DNA of 64,000 bases, taken from the human T2T-CHM13v2.0 reference genome, Homo sapiens. Both the position numbers and the translations under genes were made by a program. The DNA is taken from assembly GCF_009914755.1 (NCBI RefSeq), contig NC_060938.1. One strand, given 5' to 3'. How positions within the stretch are numbered: the stretch's first letter is position 1; each line of letters opens with the position of its first letter. Positions 56,901 through 64,000 of the stretch are shown here, piece after piece. The notes below the pieces were generated by a model, which saw only the letters and a list, made by a program, of their open reading frames with translations, was not told the DNA's origin and searched no databases.

Positions 56901-59900
56901 CAGTGTTCTGGAATCCTATGTGAGGGACAAACATTCAGACCCCATCAGTAGTGTACTGGAATAACATGAGAGGGACAATCATTCAGACCCTCAGAGCAGT
57001 GTTCTGGAATTCTGTGTGATGGACATGCATTAGGAACCTCGTAGTAGTGTTCTGGAATCCTGTCTGAGGGACAAACGTTCAGACCACAGCAGGAGTGTTA
57101 CGGAATCCCCTGTGAGGAAGAAACATTCAGACCCTCGTAGCAATGTTCTGGAATCCTACGTGATGGACAAACATTTAGACCATAGCAGCAGTGTTCTGGA
57201 ATCCTATGTGAGGTACAAACACTCAGAACCCAGCAGCAGTGTTCTGGAACCCTATGTGAGGGACAAACATTCAGACCACTGCAGGATTGTTCTGGAATCC
57301 TATGTTAGGGACAAACACTCAGAACACAGCAGGAGTGTTTTGGAATCCTATGTGAGGGACAAATTTTGAGACCCTCGCAGCAGTGTTCCAGAATCGTATG
57401 TGAGGGACAAACATTCAGACCCTCGGAGCATTGTTCTGGAATGCTATGTTAGGGACAAACATTTAGACAATCGTAGCAATGTTCTGGAATAATATGTGAG
57501 GGACAAACATTCAGACAGTCTCAGCAGTGTTCTGGAATCCTATGCGAGGGACAAACATTCAGACCTCAGCAGCAGTGTTCTGGAATCCTATGTGAGGGAC
57601 AAACTTTAAAACAACAGCGAAAGTGTTCTGGAATCCTATGTTATGAACAAACATTCAGACCCTCGTCGCAGTGTTCTGGAATTCTATGTGAGGGAGAAAT
57701 ACTCAGAACCCAGCAGCAAGGTTCTGGAATCATGTGAAGGACATACATATAGACTCCAGCAGCATTGTTCTGGAATCCTATGTGAGGGACAAACATTCAC
57801 ACCCCAGCAGCAGCGTTCTGGAATCCTATATGAGGGACAATCATTCAGATGCTTGTAGCAGTGTTCTGGAATTCTGTGTGAGGGACAAACTTTCAGATGC
57901 TCATAGCAGTGTTCTGGAATTCTGTGTGAGGGACAAACTTTCAGACCCTCGTAGCAGTGTTCTGGAATCCTGTGTGAGGGACAAACTTTCAGATGCTCGT
58001 AGCAGTGTTCTGGAATTCTGTGTGAGGAACAAACCTTCAGACCCTCTTAGCAGTGTTCTGGAATCATATGTGTCGGACAAACATTTAGACCTCAGCAGCA
58101 CTGTTCTAGAATCCTATGTGAGGGGCAATCATTCAGACACTCGCAGCGGTGTTCAGGAATCCGATGTGAGGGACAAACACTCAGAACCCAGCAGCAGTGT
58201 TCTGGAACCCTATTTGAGGGACAAACAGTCAGATCACAGCTGTATTGTTCTGAAATCCTATGTGAGGAACAAACATTCAGACATTCGTAACGGTGTTCTT
58301 GAATCCTACGTGAGGAACAAACATTCAGACGCCAGCAGAATTGTTTTGGAATCCTATGTAAGGGACAAACATTCAAACAACAGCGGGAGTGTTTTGGAAT
58401 CCTATGTGTGGGACAAACTTTAAGACAACAGCAGGAGTCTTCTGAAATCCTATGTGAGAAACAAACATTTACAACACAGCAGCAGTGTCCTGGATTCCTA
58501 TGTGAGGGGCAAATATTCAGAACCTCGTAGCAGTTTTCTGGAATCCTAGGAGAGGGACAAACTCTCACAACCCAACAGGAGTGTTCTGGGAACCTGTGTG
58601 AGGGAAAAGCATTCAGACAACAGCAGGAGTGTTCTGGAATCATATGTGAGGGAGAAACACTCATATCACAACAGGAGTGTTCTAGAATCCCCTGTGAGGG
58701 ACAAACATTCAGACCCTGGTAAGAGTGTTCCAGAAACCTATGTGAGGGGTAAGCATTTAGTTCCTCCTAGCAGTGTTCTGGAATCCTATGTGGGGGACAA
58801 ACAGTCAGACCACAACAGGAGTGTACTAGAATCCCCTGTGAGGGACAAACATTCAGACCCTTGAAGCAGTGTTCTGGAATACTAGTGAGGGACAAAGATT
58901 CAGACTAGAGCAGAATTCTTCTGGAATCCTATGTGAGGAACGGATATTTAGACCACATCAGGAGTGTTCTGGAATGCTATTTGAGGGACAAACATTCAGT
59001 CCCTCTTAGCAGTGTCCTGGAATCCTTTGTGAGGGCTAACCACTCAGAACCCAGCAGCAGTGTTCTGGAATCCTATGAGAGGGACAAACATTCATACCAC
59101 AGGAGGAATGTTCTGGAATCCTATGTGAGAGACAGACATTCAGACCCTGGTAGCAGTGTTCTGGAATCCTATGTGAAGGCCAAACACTCAGAAACCAGCA
59201 GCAGTGTTGTGGAATCCTATGCGAGCGACAAACATTCAGATGCCAGAAGCATTGTTCTGGAATCCTATATGAGGGGCAAACATTCAGACCTAAGCAGGAG
59301 TGTTCTTTAATCCTATGTGATGGATAAACATTCAGACCCCTGCAGCAGTGTTCTGGATACCTATGTGTGGGAGAAACAGTCAGAAACCAGCAGAACGGTT
59401 CTGGAATCTTCTGTGATGGACAAACATTTAGAGTCTAGAAGCATTTTTAAGCAATCCTATGTGAGGGAGAAAACATCCAGACCCCAGCAGAAGTGTTCTG
59501 GAATCCTTTTTGAAGGAATAACATTTAGTCCCCAGCAGCAGTGTTCTGGAATCCTATGTGAAGGACAAACATTCAGACCCTCCTAGCAGTGTTGTGGAAT
59601 CCTATGTGAGGGACAAACATACAGATCACAGCAGGAGGGTTATTGCGTCTTATGTGAGGGACAGCCAGAACCCAGCAGGGGTGTTATGGAATCCTATGTG
59701 AGGGACAAATATACAGACCACAGCAGAAGTTTTCTGGAATCCTTTGTGCAGAACAAACATTCAGACCACAGCAAAATTTTTCCAGAATCCTATGTGAGGG
59801 ACAAAGCTTCAGAACCTCTTAGCAGTGCTTTTGAATCCTATGTCAGGGACAAACTTTCAGACTCCTGTGGCAGTGTTTTAGAATTCGATGTGAAGGACAA

Positions 59901-62900
59901 ACAATCAAAACCCAGAGGCAGTGTTCTTGGATCTTATGTGAAGGACAAACATTCAGACTCTCTTAGCAGTGTTCTGAAATCCTATGTGAGGGAAAAGTAT
60001 TCAGACTCTCGTAGCAGTGTTCTGGAATCCGATGTGAGGGAGAAACATTCAGACCACAGAAGGAATGTTCTGGAATCCTATGTGAGTAACGTTCAGACCA
60101 CAGCACGATTGTTCTGGAATCCCATGTGAGGTACAAACATTCAGACGCCAGCAGCAGTGTTCCGAAATCCTATTGAGGGAAAAACTTTTAGACTCATGTA
60201 GCAGTGTTCTGTAATCGTACGTGAGGGACAAACACTGAGAACCCAACAGCAGTGTTCTGGAATCCTTAGTGAGGAACAAACATTCAGACCACAGCAGGAG
60301 TCTCCTGGAATCCTTTGTGAGGGAGAATAATGCAGACCATCGTAGCAGTGATCTGGAATCCTATGTGAGGGAGAAACATTCAGACTCAAGTTACAGTTTT
60401 CTGGAATCCTATTTGAGGGACAAACCCTCAGACTACAGCAGGAATATTTTAGAATCCCATGTTAGGGAGAAACATTCAGACCACAGCAGGATTGTTCCAG
60501 AAACCAATGTAAGGCACAAACACGGAGAACACAAGAGTGTTCTGGAACCCTATATGAGGGTCAAACATTCAGACCACAGCAGTAGTGTTCTGGAATCCTA
60601 TGTGAGGGAGAATAATTCAGATGGTCATAGCATTGCTCTGGAATCCTATGTGAGGGACAAACATTTAGAACCCAGTAGCAGCGTTCTGGAATCCTATTTG
60701 AGGGACAAACACTCAGAACACTACAGGGATGTTTTGGAATCCTATGTTAGGGAGAAACATTCAGATGACCACAGGATTTTTCTGGAATCCCATGTGAGGC
60801 ACAAACGCTCAGACAACAGCAGGAGTGTTCTAGAATGCTATGTGAAGGTCAACCATTCAGACCACAGCAGTAGTGTTCTAGAATTCTATGTGAGGGACAA
60901 ACATTCATACCCTCGTAGCAGTGTTCTGGAATCCTACGTAAGGGACAAACACTAAGAACCCAGCAGCAGTGTTCTGGCATTCTATCTGAGGGACGGAAAT
61001 TCAGACCAAAGCAGGAGTATTCTGGAATCCTATGAGAGGTACAATCATTCAGAACCTCGTAGTAATGTTCTGGAATCCTATGTGAGAGAGAAACACTCAG
61101 AACCCAGCAGTAGTGATATGGAATCCTATGTGAGGGACAATCATTCAGACCATAGATTGGGTGTTCTTGAATCCTATGTGAGGGACAAACATTCAGACCC
61201 TCATAGAAGTGTTCTGGAATCCTATGTGAGGGACAAACACTCAGAACCCAGCAGCAGTGTTCTGGAATCGGATGTAAGGTATAACCATTCAGACCACAGC
61301 AGGAGGGTTCTGGAATCTTATGTGAGGGACAATCATTCAGACCCTCGTAGCGGTATTCTGGAATCCTGTGTGAGGGAGAAACCCTCAGAACCCAGCGGCA
61401 GTCTTCTGTAATCCTATTTGAGGGACAATCATTCAGACCACACCTGTGGTGTTCTGGAATCCTACATGTGGGACAAACTTTCAGACCCTTGTAGCATTGT
61501 TCTGGAATGCTATGTGAGGCAAACATTCACACCCTCGTAACAGTGTTCTGGAATTCTATGTGAGGGACAAACATTTAGACCCACTTAGTAGTGTTCTGGA
61601 ATCATACGTGAGGGACAAACACTCAGAACCCAACATCAGTGTTCTGGAATAATAAGATAGGGACAAACATTCAGACCACAGCAGGAGTGTTCTGCAACCT
61701 TATGTGTGGGAGAATAATTCAGAACCTCGTAGCAGTGTTATGGAATCCTATGTGAGGGACAAACATTCAGACCCCAGTACCAGGGCTCTGGAATCTTATT
61801 TGAGGGACAAAGACTCAGTCCACAGCAGGAATGTTTTGGAATCCTATGTGAGAGAGAAACATTCAGACAACAGCAGAATTGTTCTGGAATCCCATGTAAG
61901 GCACAAACACCCAGACCACAGAAGGAGTGTTCTGGAATCCTATATGAGGTTCAACCATTCGGACCACAGCAGGAGTGTTCTGAAATCCTATGTGAGGAAC
62001 AAACATTCAGAACACAAGAGCAGTGTTCTGGAATCTTATGTGAGTGACAAACATTCAGAACCCAGCAACAGTGTTCTGTAATCCTGTCTGAGAGACAAAC
62101 ATTCATACCACAGTAGGAGTGTTCTGGAGTCCAATGTGAGGTACAATCATTCAGAACCCAGTAGCAGTGTCCTGGTTTCCTATGTGAGGGAGAAACACTC
62201 AGAACCCAGCAGCAGTGTTATGGAATCCTATGTGAGGGACAATCATTCAGACCACAGCTGGGGTGTTCTGGAATCCTACCTGTGAGACAAACATTTAGAC
62301 CCTCGCAGCATTGTTCTGCAATCCTATTTGAGGAAAATTCATTCACAATACAGCAGGAGTGTTCTGGAGTCCTATGTGCGGAAGAAACATACAGACCCTC
62401 GTAGGAGTGTTCCAGAATCCTATGTTAGGGACAATCCTTTAGACCCAAGTAGCAGTGTTTTGGAATCCTATTTGAGGGACAAACACTCAGACCACAGCAG
62501 GAATATTTTGGAAGCCTATGTGAGGAAGAAACATTCAGAACACAGAAGGATTGTTCTAGAATCCAACGTGAGGCACAAACAGCCAGACCACAGCACTAGT
62601 GTTCTGGAATCCTATATGACGGTCATCCTTTCAGCCCACAGCAGTAGTGTTCTGTAATCCTATTTGAGGAACAAACATTAAGACAACAGCAGGCTTATTC
62701 TGGAAACCTCGGTGAGGAGCAAACATTGAGACCACAGCATCAGTGTTCTGGAATCTTATGTGAGGGACAAACACTCAGAACCTTGCAGCAGTGTTCTGGA
62801 ATCCTATCTGAGGGACAAACATTCAGACCAGAGCAGGAGTGTTCTTTAATCCTCTGTGAAGTACAATCATTGAGACACTCGTAGCAGTGTACTGGAATCC

Positions 62901-64000
62901 TACGTGAGGGAGAAACACTCAAAAACCAGCAGCAGTGTTCTGGAATCCTATGTGAGGGACAATCATTCAGACCACAGCTGGGGTGTTCTGTAATCCTACG
63001 TGTGGGACAAACATTCAGACACAATTAGAATTGATCTGGAATCGCATGTGAGGAAAACACATTCAGAACACATCAGGAATCTTTTGGAGTCCTATGTGCG
63101 GGACAACCATTCAGAGGCTTGTAGCAGTGTTCCGGAATCCTATGTGAGGGAGAAACCTTTAGACCCACGTAGCAGTGTTCTGGAGTCGTACGTGAGGGAC
63201 AAACCCTCAGAACCCAACATCAGTGTTGCAGAATTCTAAGTGAGGGACAAACATTCAGACCACAGCAGGAGTGTTCTGGAATCCTATGTAAGGGAGAATA
63301 ATTCAGAGCCTCGTAGCAGTGTTCTGCAATCCTATGTGAGGAACAAACATTCAGACCACAGTAACAGTGTTCTGGAATCCTATTTGAGGGACAAACACTC
63401 AGAGCACAGCAGGGATGCTTTGGAACCCTATGTGAGGGAGAAATATTCAGACCACAGCAGGATTGTTCTGGAATCCCATTGGAGGCACAAACACCCAGAC
63501 CACAGCAGGAGTGTTCTGCCATCCTATGTGATGGTCAACCATTCAGACCACAGCAGCAGTGCTCGGGAATCCTAGATGAGGTACAAACATTCAGACCACA
63601 GCAGGAGTGTTCTGGAATCCTATGTGAGATACAATGGTTCAGACCCTTGTAGCAGTGTTCTGGAATCCTATGTGATGGAGAACCACTCAGAATCCAGCAG
63701 CAGTGTTCTGGAATCCTATGTGATGGAGAAACACTCAGAACCCAGCAGCAGTGTTCGGGAGTCCTATGTAAGGTACAATCATTCAGACCACAGCTGGGGT
63801 GTTCTGGAATCCTATATGTGGGAAAAACATTCAGACCCCGGTAGCATTGTTCTGGAATCCTATGTGAGGAAAATACATTGAGAACACATCAGGAGTGTTC
63901 TGGAGTCCTATGTGCGGGACAAACATTCAGACCCTCTTAGCGGTATTCTGGAATCCTATGTGAGGGAAAAACATTTAGACCCACATGGGAGTGTTCTGGA

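Larger units (their letters stand above)
25094..64000 (+). repeat. CER (D22Z3, 48-bp) satellite array, right arm (~810 monomers, runs off the window)
   Basis: Same 48-mer in the same orientation except 49931-50154; small insertion at 53910-53948. Confidence 0.95.

Noticed and set aside
8113-63881. Numerous ORFs up to 317 aa with 16-aa repeats (VLESYVRDKHSDPRSS; antisense SHRIPEHCCWGLNVCP)
   Set aside because: 48 bp is 16 codons and the consensus is stop-free in these frames. Stops and frameshifts are scattered at random, and there is no unique N- or C-terminus. The Cys/His-rich antisense frame lacks C2H2 spacing.
8116-64000. CRISPR-like pattern of constant and variable segments
   Set aside because: The variable part is only a few bases and is homologous between units. 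There are no unique spacers or cas genes, and the context is primate DNA.
8116-64000. Alpha satellite, beta satellite or HSat2/3 identity; STAT (GAS) site array
   Set aside because: The period is 48 bp, not 171, 68 or 5 bp. TTCTGGAA has a 2-nt spacer, not the 3-nt GAS spacer.

Overview
Primate (most likely human) pericentromeric or acrocentric short-arm DNA, with no credible protein-coding gene. Bases 1-~8115 are a patchwork of old interspersed repeats: antisense L1M fragments, eight Alus, a near full-length Tigger1 carrying three of those Alus, several short tandem duplications, and a MaLR (MST/MLT1A-type) LTR fragment. From ~8116 to the end is a diverged array of roughly 1,100 copies of the 48-bp CER (D22Z3) satellite. 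The array is interrupted by a HERV-K(HML-2) LTR5_Hs solo LTR with a GAATTC target-site duplication (TSD), the K111/K105 signature; by a 224-bp inverted CER segment; and by a 39-bp L1PA 3' tail with a 14-bp TSD. All long ORFs in the array are artefacts of the 48-bp (16-codon) period. The most intriguing observation is that half of the CER monomer matches the 5' terminus of MST/MLT1A LTRs, and the array begins in phase and orientation at a truncated MaLR LTR, suggesting an LTR-derived origin of the satellite. Family and subfamily calls rest on consensus sequences recalled from memory, not on a database search.
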